NCBI GenBank assembly: GCA_964355135.1
Contig: CAYHCG010000008.1
Span: 423 to 64,422 of the forward strand
DNA: 64,000 bases
Reading direction: 5' to 3'
From: Candidatus Woesearchaeota archaeon
GTDB lineage: Archaea; Nanobdellota; Nanobdellia; Pacearchaeales; GW2011-AR1
The stretch's first letter is position 1; every line of letters starts with the position of its first letter. Below are positions 46,591 to 56,050 of this stretch, in pieces. A program made the position numbers and the translations under genes. A model generated the notes under the pieces. The model searched no databases. It was not told the origin of the DNA and worked only from the letters and a program-made list of their open reading frames with translations.

Positions 46591-46613
46591 GCGTTCGGCG
46601 CTTCGCGCCTCAC
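46591..46613. repeat. GC-rich hairpin repeat, copy 2
   Basis: Identical 23-mer to 45122-45144; weaker similarity extends about 35 bp to the right. Confidence 0.85.
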
Positions 46614-46657
46614 ACTCTAATGTGGCTATTTTATTTTAGATTTGGGACGGATTTTTA

Positions 46658-46906
46658 TTATTCTTTAACAAAGTCGTCTAAAGCCGTTTCTAGCCTTCGA
46701 TCTTTACTATCTCCTGGTGCAAAAACAGAAACAGAGAATCTTGCGTGGGGAGTGCCTACGCCGATATATCCAATTGCCCCACAATATATGCCATTATCAT
46801 ATATCCTTTCTCCATCAAATTCAAACTTTTTGCCAGATAAATATTTCTTAATCTTGTCAACATCTTCTAATTCTTCTACTGTGTACAAAACACTTTCTCT
46901 TATCAT
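46658..46906 (-). CDS. Hypothetical protein
   Basis: 82-aa ORF with an upstream TTTTTATA box. Confidence 0.55.
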   Translation of the reverse strand: MIRESVLYTVEELEDVDKIKKYLSGKKFEFDGERIYDNGIYCGAIGYIGVGTPHARFSVSVFAPGDSKDRRLETALDDFVKE

Positions 46907-46985
46907 CGAGTCATATTAATAATTTAGTATAAAAATCTTTCTTTTTTATGAATTAAACGTACTTTTCTCCTTTAGAGACCCGAAA

Positions 46986-47013
46986 ACTTCGTACAAGTAC
47001 TATTAAGCGAAGT
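46986..47013. other. dif/lox-like 11-6-11 site 2
   Basis: ACTTCGTACAA-GTACTA-TTAAGCGAAGT. Confidence 0.65.
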
Positions 47014-47043
47014 CTTGCTCTATGAAGAAATTGATGGATTTAT

Positions 47044-47400
47044 TTAAGGTTCTGCTCGTTTGATAACTTCTACTGCATCGGGGTTAGATATGAGATTACT
47101 AGAAGGATCGTTATTAAAATTTTGAAGAATATTTAAATTTAGCCTGACTCTATCTCCTTTATTAATTTTACTATCTACTGCTGCTGCATACTCGTGATGT
47201 ACTGAATAAGTGAATTCAGAAGTATCTGTTTTTACGGTGAATGCATAAGGATAATAGGATCCAGCATTATTAGTTTGCACTTCATTAATAATTATGCCTC
47301 GAATATAATTTGGAGGAAGAGGTTTTTCTTCTTCAAACAAATCACAACCTGCAGCACTAAGAGAAATTGCGCCAGCCATTAAATATTTTGATAGACTCAT
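47044..47400 (-). CDS. Putative lipoprotein
   Basis: Lipobox-like LSAAG|C. Confidence 0.6.
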   Translation of the reverse strand: MSLSKYLMAGAISLSAAGCDLFEEEKPLPPNYIRGIIINEVQTNNAGSYYPYAFTVKTDTSEFTYSVHHEYAAAVDSKINKGDRVRLNLNILQNFNNDPSSNLISNPDAVEVIKRAEP

Positions 47401-47441
47401 AAATTTGTCAGTTATTTGTCATATTTAAACTTTTTGATTGA

Positions 47442-47497
47442 TTAAACGAAGTTTAAGGTCATGCTGAAAGATGTTGGAGAAAGCTGAAAGATTGAGC
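47442..47497. repeat. 56-bp boundary element, copy C
   Basis: TTAAACGAAGT...GAGAAAGCTGAAAGATTGAGC, abutting the stop of 47498-47725. Confidence 0.8.
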
Positions 47498-47725
47498 TTA
47501 ATTTTCTAATTGGATATTTTTTACTTTAACGCTTTGAAGGAAGTCTTTAGGGATTTGCTTGCTTACGTCAAGGATTTCGATGCCCAAGGTTTTTCCTTCC
47601 TTGTCTAAGTCTACGTTTATATTTTTATTTAGAGAGATTGTTTCACTTACTTCTCCGGCTTTTATTTCCTTAAAGTATATGTATGCAGCATCTGCTTCTT
47701 TATCTATTTCAATTTTCATTTCCAC
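47498..47725 (-). CDS. DUF2283-family putative antitoxin
   Basis: D.EADAAYIYF, D.D..GK.LGIEILD.S. Confidence 0.88.
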   Translation of the reverse strand: MEMKIEIDKEADAAYIYFKEIKAGEVSETISLNKNINVDLDKEGKTLGIEILDVSKQIPKDFLQSVKVKNIQLEN

Positions 47726-47928
47726 ATAAGAGTTATTATCTTTATATAATTATCTTTTTCCTCGTAAATTACTTTGAGAGTTTTATTTGATATTTTCTTG
47801 TAAATCTCGACTTTCCCTTCTTTCCTAACAGAATACTCTGAAAAGTCAACCGCTTCTTGAACTTGTGAAAAGGAAATATTTCTCTCTTTCATCCTCTTTT
47901 TTGCATGATCTGAAAGAATAATTTTCAT
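47716..47928 (-). CDS. DUF4258-family putative toxin
   Basis: SDHA.KRM.ERNI...V, LKVIY....IIT; overlaps DUF2283. Confidence 0.85.
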   Translation of the reverse strand: MKIILSDHAKKRMKERNISFSQVQEAVDFSEYSVRKEGKVEIYKKISNKTLKVIYEEKDNYIKIITLMWK

Positions 47929-47976
47929 GACTTAATCAGTTGAGATCTACTAATAAATTTATCGTTATCGAAGATA

Positions 47977-48000
47977 AAACAGCTGTTTGGACAGGTGTTT
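47977..48000. repeat. AAACAGCTGTTTGGACAGGTGTTT motif
   Basis: Same family as the 41701 and 49258-49872 sites. Confidence 0.75.
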
Positions 48001-48025
48001 GTGTTGTTTGAGATGTTTTAAACAA

Positions 48026-48187
48026 CTAACCTAATGGAGAAAGACCGATGTATCCACCTAGAAGGCCCAAGATACCTACTAAAATAAGATAGATGCCTAC
48101 AAAGTAATTTAGAAATCTAGGCCAGACTAAGATAAGAATTCCGAAAATGATGGCTAGAACGGCTGTAATTGTAAATGTAAGTGCCAT
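48026..48187 (-). CDS. DUF3096-like small membrane protein
   Basis: AIIFGILIL..PR.LNY.V.IYLI..G. Confidence 0.8.
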   Translation of the reverse strand: MALTFTITAVLAIIFGILILVWPRFLNYFVGIYLILVGILGLLGGYIGLSPLG

Positions 48188-48218
48188 GATATATTGAAAG
48201 CTCGCAAGTATATAAATG

Positions 48219-48518
48219 TTACTTGTTTTGCTCAGACTGCTTATTGGCCCAAGCGGTAATAATAAGAATTGCAACTGCGCCGATTAATGTAACTATTAAG
48301 GCTGTGTAGAGATCTGCCAGATAGGGATGATAGAGTAGAATGCCTTTTTTGGGAACACCATCAACTATTTTTTTGATGACAGTTTGCCAGGAGAGAGCAA
48401 TGACTAAGCCAAATGCTGCAATTAATGCAGTCGTAGTTTGCTTCTTAAATTCGAGCTTTATTATTGATGCCCTATTAAGTAACTTGGTTTTCTGATTTGG
48501 AGGAGTCACTTTTTCCAT
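48219..48518 (-). CDS. DUF5654-like membrane protein
   Basis: AAFGLVIALSW..I motif. Confidence 0.7.
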   Translation of the reverse strand: MEKVTPPNQKTKLLNRASIIKLEFKKQTTTALIAAFGLVIALSWQTVIKKIVDGVPKKGILLYHPYLADLYTALIVTLIGAVAILIITAWANKQSEQNK

Positions 48519-48584
48519 GTTTACTTGAATATAACTTTAGATGTTTATGATAATTAAAAAAATAAAAATAAATAACTTTTGTGA

Positions 48585-48758
48585 TTATTTCTTGAATAAT
48601 CTAATTATTTCCCATATACCGGCTAGACCTACTAAGGCATAGATTATGGTGGTTACAACACCTAGATTTCCTACTACGTTTATACCCCAAATCATTAGAC
48701 CCCAATTTAGCGCGCCGATTATAACAAGAATTCTTGCTATCCAGTCGATTGCGTTCAT
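48585..48758 (-). CDS. DUF378-family membrane protein
   Basis: LVIIGALNWGL, IY.LVGLAG; GGAGGT Shine-Dalgarno upstream of 48758. Confidence 0.88.
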   Translation of the reverse strand: MNAIDWIARILVIIGALNWGLMIWGINVVGNLGVVTTIIYALVGLAGIWEIIRLFKK

Positions 48759-48855
48759 TTGACTTATTTCACAACCTCCTTTCAACCTCTTTAGTAGAAT
48801 ACCTAAAATATGCAAATAGAGTTTAAATATGTTTCCATTTTAGAATAGGACTAGC

Positions 48856-49218
48856 CTAGTGTTTTTTATCCATATAATAAACACCAAGGCTAAACACTCC
48901 TATGACGAGATGCACGATGGTTGTTTTAGTGTTTATATTGAGCATGTTTAATAAGAGAGTATTAATCTCAGGAATGAAACCTAATACTGCCAGAAGGAAA
49001 AAGATCCATCCTATAACCTGATTATATCTTATTCCCTCTCCCTTTGTGCCAATATAGATTCCCATCACTCCGCAGAGTATATAGAAAATGCTGAGATAGA
49101 GACTGGTGCTAAACAATCCCGAATTGCCTATGAGAGGATTATTAAAAAAATATGCGGCTCCTGCTAAAAGTAAAAAAATGCCTAAAACTAATGAAAGAGT
49201 CTTTTGTTTGTTTGCCAT
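48856..49218 (-). CDS. DUF4383-like 4-TM membrane protein
   Basis: Four hydrophobic segments, LGFIP and HL.IG motifs. Confidence 0.55.
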   Translation of the reverse strand: MANKQKTLSLVLGIFLLLAGAAYFFNNPLIGNSGLFSTSLYLSIFYILCGVMGIYIGTKGEGIRYNQVIGWIFFLLAVLGFIPEINTLLLNMLNINTKTTIVHLVIGVFSLGVYYMDKKH

Positions 49219-49257
49219 TTTATTATTTTTTAGCTGAAATTTTCTATTATGATAAGC

Positions 49258-49546
49258 AAACAGCTGTTTAAATACATTTTTGTTTAAAGAAAAAAGACTG
49301 TGAGAAAAAAGATTAAAGACCGATGTAAAAAATTCATTAATGGAGAGATTTATTGAGGATAATTGGGGCTGTTTAAGCTGTTTAAACAGGTGTTTGTTTT
49401 AACTCTTATGGTGTTTTCCAAGCACTCCAGGTGTTTAGAAGGGTGTTTGAGCTGTTTGTTTTATAGATTGAAGGGTGTTTTTTTACGAATGGTTAATAGA
49501 GGAGAGCTAACGTAATATTTAAATAGTCAAGCTGTTTAAACAGTTT
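49258..49546. repeat. Dense cluster of G(C/G)TGTTT / AAACAGCTGTTT motifs upstream of 49548
   Basis: Copies at about 49258, 49368, 49377, 49389, 49410, 49430, 49442, 49451, 49474 and 49531. Confidence 0.75.
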
Positions 49547-49547
49547 T

Positions 49548-50180
49548 ATGTTTGGATGGTTTAAGAAAAAAGAGTTAAGGGATTTGGAGAAAAAAACTCA
49601 AGAAGGGTTTGGTTCTGTTAAAAGAGATATTGATGCGGTTGGAAAGTGGATCAAACACCTTGACAAGCAAGACAAACAGCTGTTTGATTTAATAAATTTG
49701 TTAAAAAGCGATTTGTCGTATATAAGAGATGAGCTAGATAGTTTGAGAGAAGGTGTTGAAGAGATCTCAGAAGAACGAAAAGGCAAACAGCTGTTTAAGA
49801 AATTACCTGTTTTAGGCAAACAGACAGCTGTTGAGGATGTTCAAGAAGCTGTTCAAACAGCTGTCCAAACAGGTAATTTTTATGATATTTTTAAAAGATT
49901 GTCTGCTAATGAGAGGGCGGTAATTATTACGTTGATGAATAGTGAAATGAAGTTGAGTTATGAGGATTTGGCACTATTACTTGGAAAAGAGAAGTCTACA
50001 GTAAGGGGTCAGATCAATTCCATAAAACAGAAAAGTGAAGGATTGATCCTGGAGATGATCGAGAAAAATGGCAAAAAAAGGGTCTATGTACCTGAAGAAA
50101 TTAAGGAAAAAATGCAAAAATACGCAAAAGTGAGGGTTGGAAAGGGTAAAAAGAACAAGAAAAAGGATGAAAATGAGTAA
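49548..50180 (+). CDS. Coiled-coil + C-terminal winged-helix protein (A)
   Basis: N-terminal heptads; LSANERAVI..L...LSYEDLA.LLGKEKSTVRGQINSIKQK HTH. Confidence 0.8.
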   Translation: MFGWFKKKELRDLEKKTQEGFGSVKRDIDAVGKWIKHLDKQDKQLFDLINLLKSDLSYIRDELDSLREGVEEISEERKGKQLFKKLPVLGKQTAVEDVQEAVQTAVQTGNFYDIFKRLSANERAVIITLMNSEMKLSYEDLALLLGKEKSTVRGQINSIKQKSEGLILEMIEKNGKKRVYVPEEIKEKMQKYAKVRVGKGKKNKKKDENE

Positions 50181-50394
50181 AAATAGGCTCCAAAACGTAA
50201 AAGTGAGAGTTAGGAAGTGAAAAAATGGCAAAAAAAGATGAAAAAAACTGGTTGAAAGGGGTAAAAGACCTCAAAAATAGAAAAGTGAGAGTTGTGGAAA
50301 GAAAAAAATTTGATAGGTTTATGGAAAAATGTAAAAAAGAGAGTGTTTTGGACAATTTTTTGACTTTTGAGATTGGACATTACAAAAGTGAGAG
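50031..50394 (+). repeat. Direct repeats AAAAGTGAG(A/G)G
   Basis: Starts at 50031 (variant), 50126, 50199, 50281, 50384. Confidence 0.6.
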
Positions 50395-50608
50395 AAACAT
50401 CTTCATGAGTGTATCTGAACAAAACATCAAAAAGGGGGGAGTTGAGGAGGATATGTGAAAATTTATGAAAATGGGGGAAAAAGGAGAGAGTTTTAAGCGA
50501 ACTTTAGCCGTAAAGAATTGATGAAAGGTTTAGGGAGAAGTTAGTGAAAGATACCCGTTTAAACGAATTACTCAAAGTTTAAGGGCATTTTGTGAGAGAT
50601 TTACGATT

Positions 50609-51403
<795 letters not shown>

Positions 51404-51445
51404 TTATTTTTGAATAAGAAGAAGTATAAAAATTTATAGATCAAA

Positions 51446-51718
51446 TTAAAGTTGCTTTTTGGAATAGATATTATAGACTTGTGAAGATAGACGCCATCTC
51501 TGCCTTCGCGTATATACTGTTCCCTGGGAATTCTTTTTGACTTCTACTACGAAGTTCTTTTTCTGTAAGTGGAGGAGAAGGCTTTTAGTAAATTCTTCGT
51601 CACGCGCAGTTTCCTCTGCTATTTTATTTGTAAAGGCTGCTTCAGGAGAGATCGAGAAAAGGTAATGTAAGATCTGCTCGGATATTTTGTCTTTTTTCTG
51701 TTGAGATATCTTTGGCAT
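51446..51718 (-). CDS. Small winged-helix-like protein
   Basis: IL..LF......FT..IA.E.ARDEEF.K.LL..L, R.RWRLS. Confidence 0.7.
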   Translation of the reverse strand: MPKISQQKKDKISEQILHYLFSISPEAAFTNKIAEETARDEEFTKSLLLHLQKKNFVVEVKKNSQGTVYTRRQRWRLSSQVYNIYSKKQL

Positions 51719-51845
51719 GAAGAGTTAAGGAAAAGTGCATATAAAAATATTGAGTTTGGAGAGAGAAGATTTAAAAAGAATTCTTAAGAATGTTTAGATA
51801 CTAGTTTGGACTTATTTTCTAGTTATATTGGAGAACTTAAATACA

Positions 51846-54431
51846 ATGGCAGAGATAAAATATATTGAACCTTATGGAGAGCAAGAAACAAAGGATATGC
51901 TTAATCCCTTAGTTAGAGAATGGTTCTTTTCCAAATTTAAAGCATTCTCTAAGACTCAGCTTTATGGAGTTAAGGGCATCCATAGTAGAAGAAATATCCT
52001 AGTAAGCGCTCCTACTGGAGGAACTAAAACCTTAACTGCCTTTCTAAGCATTTTAAATTATTTAGTTGAACTGGGGCTAAAAAATGAGCTAGAGGATAAG
52101 ATATATGCTATATATTCTAGTCCCTTGAAAGCGCTAAGTAATGACATTGCAGTAAATTTGATTAATCCTTTACAAGAAATTAAAGAACTAGCTGAACAAA
52201 AAGGATTGAAATTGCAGGAAGTTAGAATTGGACTACGGACTGGAGATACGGAGACTAAAGATAGAGTAAAGATGTTGAAAAAGCCCCCCCATATTCTGGT
52301 GACTACTCCTGAAACGTTGGCTATTGTATTGACTAGTGGAAAGTTTGTTGAACATATGAAAAGACTAGAGTTTGTGATTGTGGACGAGATTCACGCCATG
52401 ACTAGTAAGAGAGGAGTTTACATGTCTTTGACTCTGGAGAGATTGCATGAAGTAAGCGTTATCGAACCTGTAAGAATTGGATTAAGCGCGACTATATCTC
52501 CACTGGATGAAATTGCAAAGTTTTTAGTTGGGGGGGAGAGGGACTGCGATATAGCAGATGTGAAACTTGATAAGCGGATTGAGATCGACTTAGATTTTCC
52601 CGGCAAAGATATTATGGAATCAGAAATGCCTGATAATCAGAAAGAATTGTATAGGATGTTAGATGAGATTATCCAAAAGTATCGAACGACCTTGATTTTT
52701 ACTAATACTAGAAATGCAACGGAGAGAATTGTGCATTATTTAGAGGAGCATTATCCTGGAAACTATGCAGGCTTGATTGGAGCGCATCATAGTTCTATGA
52801 GTAAAGACAAGAGATTTGAGATTGAAGATAGATTAAGAAAGGGAGAACTCAAAGTTGTGGTCACTTCGACTAGTTTGGAACTTGGGATTGATATAGGGAG
52901 TATTGATTTTGTTGTTTTACTTCGGTCTCCTAAGAGCGTTGCAAGAGCAATGCAGAGAATTGGAAGAGCGGGACATAAACTCCATGAGAACCCAAGGGGT
53001 ACATTCATTGTTTTGGAAAGAGATGATTTGGTTGAGTGTGGTGTTTTAATGAAAGAGATGATTGAGGGAAAAATTGACAGGACAGAGATTCCCAAAAATC
53101 CTTTAGACGTTTTGGCGCAACAAATCTATGGGATGGCTATTTCTAAAGTATGGGATATTGATGATATGTTAAGAGTTATACGAAGAAGTTATTGCTATAG
53201 TGAACTAAGCAAGGAGGACTTTTTATCTGTTGTTAGTTATTTGGCAGGAGATTATGCCTTAGAACATAGACATGTATATGCAAAGATCTGGTACGACACT
53301 CAGACTAAGCAAATAGGAAAACGTGGTAAACTTGCAAGAGTGATTTATATGACTAACTTAGGAACTATTCCGAGCGAGAGCTTCATTAAAGTATCTATAC
53401 GCACTCCTGCATCCAGGCAAGGAGAAACTGTTGGAAAGATTGATGAAGGTTTTTTAGAAAGGATGAAGCGGGGAGATGTGTTTGTACTAGGCGGACAGAA
53501 ATATCAGTATTTGTATTCGAAAGGTATGACTGCTTTTGTGGGCGCGGATGTAACAAAGAGTCCCACTATCCCGAGTTGGTTTTCAGAAATGCTGCCTTTG
53601 AGCTTTGATGTTGCCTTAGATATTGGAAAATTCAGAAAACTCGTTAGTGAGAGAGTTAAAAATAAGAAAGAGTGCTTGGCTTTTATTAAAGAGTACTTGT
53701 ACTGTAAAGATAAAATCGCAGAAGTGATTTATGAGTACTTCAGAGAGCAGGATGCGTATGCAGAGATCCCACATTCTGAGAAGATTGTTGTTGAAAAATT
53801 CAAAGAAAACAAGGAATATCTTGTTTTTCATACTCTTTATGGGAGGAGAGTTAATGATGCTCTATCCAGAGCGTATGCTTTTGCAGCTGGTCGGGTACGA
53901 GGTAGGGATGTAGAAATTGGGATTAATGATAATGGGTTTTTTATTGCTGGAGATAGTCTGGATGAAGAGAAGATCATAAAGTGGGTTAAGAGTAAAGATT
54001 TGAAAGCTATCTTAAAAGAAGCTGTTGAGAAGACTGATGTATTAAGAAGAAGGTTTAGACATTGCGCGGGCAGGTCACTGATGATACTGCGCAACTATAA
54101 AGGCATAGAGAAGTCTGCTGGTAAGCAGCAGATCCATTCTGAATTTTTGTTTACTGCTGTGAAGAAGATAAGTAATGAATTCCCAATACTGCGGGAAGCA
54201 AGAAGAGAAGTGATGGAGGATTTGATGGATGTAAAGAGTGCGGAGAAGGTACTAAACTGGATTGAAGAAGGGAAAATAAAGATAAAGGTTGTGAGACGGC
54301 CATTGATTTCTCCTTTTGGAGTTAATTTGGTTATTCAGGGAAGAAGCGACTTGATAAAAATGGAAGACAAGGTTAAATTCTTAAAGAGAATGCATGAATT
54401 ACATAAGAAAGTTATTGAAGAAAAAGCTTAA
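51846..54431 (+). CDS. lhr: Lhr-family ATP-dependent helicase
   Basis: SPLKAL, RTGDT, TTPE, DEIH, LSAT, HHSS, SLELGIDIG, QRIGRAGH. Confidence 0.93.
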   Translation: MAEIKYIEPYGEQETKDMLNPLVREWFFSKFKAFSKTQLYGVKGIHSRRNILVSAPTGGTKTLTAFLSILNYLVELGLKNELEDKIYAIYSSPLKALSNDIAVNLINPLQEIKELAEQKGLKLQEVRIGLRTGDTETKDRVKMLKKPPHILVTTPETLAIVLTSGKFVEHMKRLEFVIVDEIHAMTSKRGVYMSLTLERLHEVSVIEPVRIGLSATISPLDEIAKFLVGGERDCDIADVKLDKRIEIDLDFPGKDIMESEMPDNQKELYRMLDEIIQKYRTTLIFTNTRNATERIVHYLEEHYPGNYAGLIGAHHSSMSKDKRFEIEDRLRKGELKVVVTSTSLELGIDIGSIDFVVLLRSPKSVARAMQRIGRAGHKLHENPRGTFIVLERDDLVECGVLMKEMIEGKIDRTEIPKNPLDVLAQQIYGMAISKVWDIDDMLRVIRRSYCYSELSKEDFLSVVSYLAGDYALEHRHVYAKIWYDTQTKQIGKRGKLARVIYMTNLGTIPSESFIKVSIRTPASRQGETVGKIDEGFLERMKRGDVFVLGGQKYQYLYSKGMTAFVGADVTKSPTIPSWFSEMLPLSFDVALDIGKFRKLVSERVKNKKECLAFIKEYLYCKDKIAEVIYEYFREQDAYAEIPHSEKIVVEKFKENKEYLVFHTLYGRRVNDALSRAYAFAAGRVRGRDVEIGINDNGFFIAGDSLDEEKIIKWVKSKDLKAILKEAVEKTDVLRRRFRHCAGRSLMILRNYKGIEKSAGKQQIHSEFLFTAVKKISNEFPILREARREVMEDLMDVKSAEKVLNWIEEGKIKIKVVRRPLISPFGVNLVIQGRSDLIKMEDKVKFLKRMHELHKKVIEEKA

Positions 54432-54456
54432 AAAAGACTCTTGGAGCTTATTTGAT

Positions 54457-54750
54457 ATGGACGAAAACTATAAGGTAAGAATGAAAAACCAGGGCAGCAT
54501 AGGACGTTTGAGAGAAGATATTGCTTCGGTTGTGACTGGAGGGGTAGTTGGTTTGGGGATGGGCGCTTTAGGGAGGGCAGTAGGTATGAACCTAGATAGA
54601 GAAACCATATTAGTGTATGCAGGATTTGTAAGTGGGGCCTATTATTTTACACTAGATAGAAAAGATGTAAAAAAGAATTATTTTCTTGAGAGTTTAATTA
54701 CTGGGACTAGTTTTGCGATAGGGTTAACATTTAACAGACTAGTTTTTTGA
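54457..54750 (+). CDS. Hypothetical membrane protein
   Basis: Gly-rich hydrophobic segments; start uncertain. Confidence 0.5.
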   Translation: MDENYKVRMKNQGSIGRLREDIASVVTGGVVGLGMGALGRAVGMNLDRETILVYAGFVSGAYYFTLDRKDVKKNYFLESLITGTSFAIGLTFNRLVF

Positions 54751-54778
54751 TTGGGGAGGCTTGAATAGGAAGACTTAA

Positions 54779-55552
54779 ATGGGGAAGTATTTTTCTGTAA
54801 GGATGTTAGAAGATGAAAACATACAGTTTGTTGGAAAATGTTTGTATATTGAAGAACATAAGCAGAAGATTTTGGTAATTGGAGATCTGCATTTAGGATA
54901 TGAAGAAGTATTGAATAGGGGAGGAGTTTTCATTTCTAGAGCGATGTTTAAGGAAATGATTGCGTATTTTGAAAGAGTTTTCGAACGTGTGGGGAAGGTG
55001 AATAAGATTGTTTTATTGGGAGATGTTAAACATGCTTTTGGAAATATTATGGAACAGGAGTGGGATGATGTGCTGCGGTTGTTTGATTACTTAAAGAAAA
55101 AGCTCTTAGAAAATGGGAAGATAATAATTGTGAAGGGAAATCATGACCGGATACTAGAACCTATTGCGAAACTGCGAAATATGGTTGAACTCAAACCGTA
55201 TTTTATTTTTCACGAGTTCTTTTTTATGCATGGAGATAAAGATTTCTTTGAGAACTATGAAAAGAAAATAAAATATTGGATTATTGGACACGGTCATCCC
55301 GCTATAACTATAAGAGACCCTGAAGGCATAAAGGCGGAAAAATATAAGTGCTTTTTAACAGGGCATTATAAGAAAAAGAGAATTATAGAAGCAATTCTTG
55401 TACCCTCCTTCTTTGCTTATACTGAAGGTAGTGATCCAAGAGAGAATGATTTAGGATTTCCTTGGAAATTTGACTTTGAGAGATTTTTTGTACATGTGGT
55501 AGGAGACAGTCTAGATGTACTTGATTTTGGAAGGCTAGGAAAGTTAAAGTAG
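54779..55552 (+). CDS. Metallophosphoesterase (Lhr-associated type)
   Basis: GDLHLG, GDVKH, GNHD, HGD, GHGHP. Confidence 0.9.
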   Translation: MGKYFSVRMLEDENIQFVGKCLYIEEHKQKILVIGDLHLGYEEVLNRGGVFISRAMFKEMIAYFERVFERVGKVNKIVLLGDVKHAFGNIMEQEWDDVLRLFDYLKKKLLENGKIIIVKGNHDRILEPIAKLRNMVELKPYFIFHEFFFMHGDKDFFENYEKKIKYWIIGHGHPAITIRDPEGIKAEKYKCFLTGHYKKKRIIEAILVPSFFAYTEGSDPRENDLGFPWKFDFERFFVHVVGDSLDVLDFGRLGKLK

Positions 55553-55557
55553 ATGAT

Positions 55558-55995
55558 TTATTCTTTAGGACGAAGCTGAGGGATTTTGAGGTAAGGTGAA
55601 GGTAGAGAAAGATCTTCCTGCAATATTATCGCTTTGGACGAACATTTTCGTAAAATGAAATTGTAAAGAGGAGCTACTGCGTTTTTAGGAACTGCTTTCT
55701 TTTTCCAGGAAGTATGAAATTCTTTTGCTTCTTCTGGTGTTGCTGAAAGAACAAGAAAACCCTCAAAGGCTATCTCAGCTTGTCTATCTTTCTCTTTTGT
55801 TAGCTCCGGTTTCTCTACATCACCATAGAGAAGAGAGTATTTGAAAGATATTTTTAGAGCTTCTGTGTCTTTTAGTAGGCTCACTGTATCTTTTTCAACA
55901 TTTGAGAAATCAATATTGTTATTTACTCCTGCTCTTGAGAAACTAGGCTTTTTTTCACCGTGTATTTTTGTTAGATTGAATCCTATGATTTGCAT
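55558..55995 (-). CDS. Conserved hypothetical protein
   Basis: 145-aa ORF with an upstream TTTAAAAA box. Confidence 0.7.
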   Translation of the reverse strand: MQIIGFNLTKIHGEKKPSFSRAGVNNNIDFSNVEKDTVSLLKDTEALKISFKYSLLYGDVEKPELTKEKDRQAEIAFEGFLVLSATPEEAKEFHTSWKKKAVPKNAVAPLYNFILRKCSSKAIILQEDLSLPSPYLKIPQLRPKE

Positions 55996-56050
55996 GTTGT
56001 GTATTATTAAGAGTTATTTTTAAATGTTGTTGTAGTGTTGTTTAGGAAAA

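Noticed and set aside
43616..47497. Boundary repeats as a CRISPR array
   Set aside because: Copies are degenerate and separated by whole genes of 300-600 bp rather than 30-40 bp spacers; no cas genes are in the window.
50101..50458. ORFs 50101-50355, 50210-50422 and 50225-50458
   Set aside because: Low-complexity Phe/Lys-rich translations of a purine-skewed repeat region; likely non-coding.
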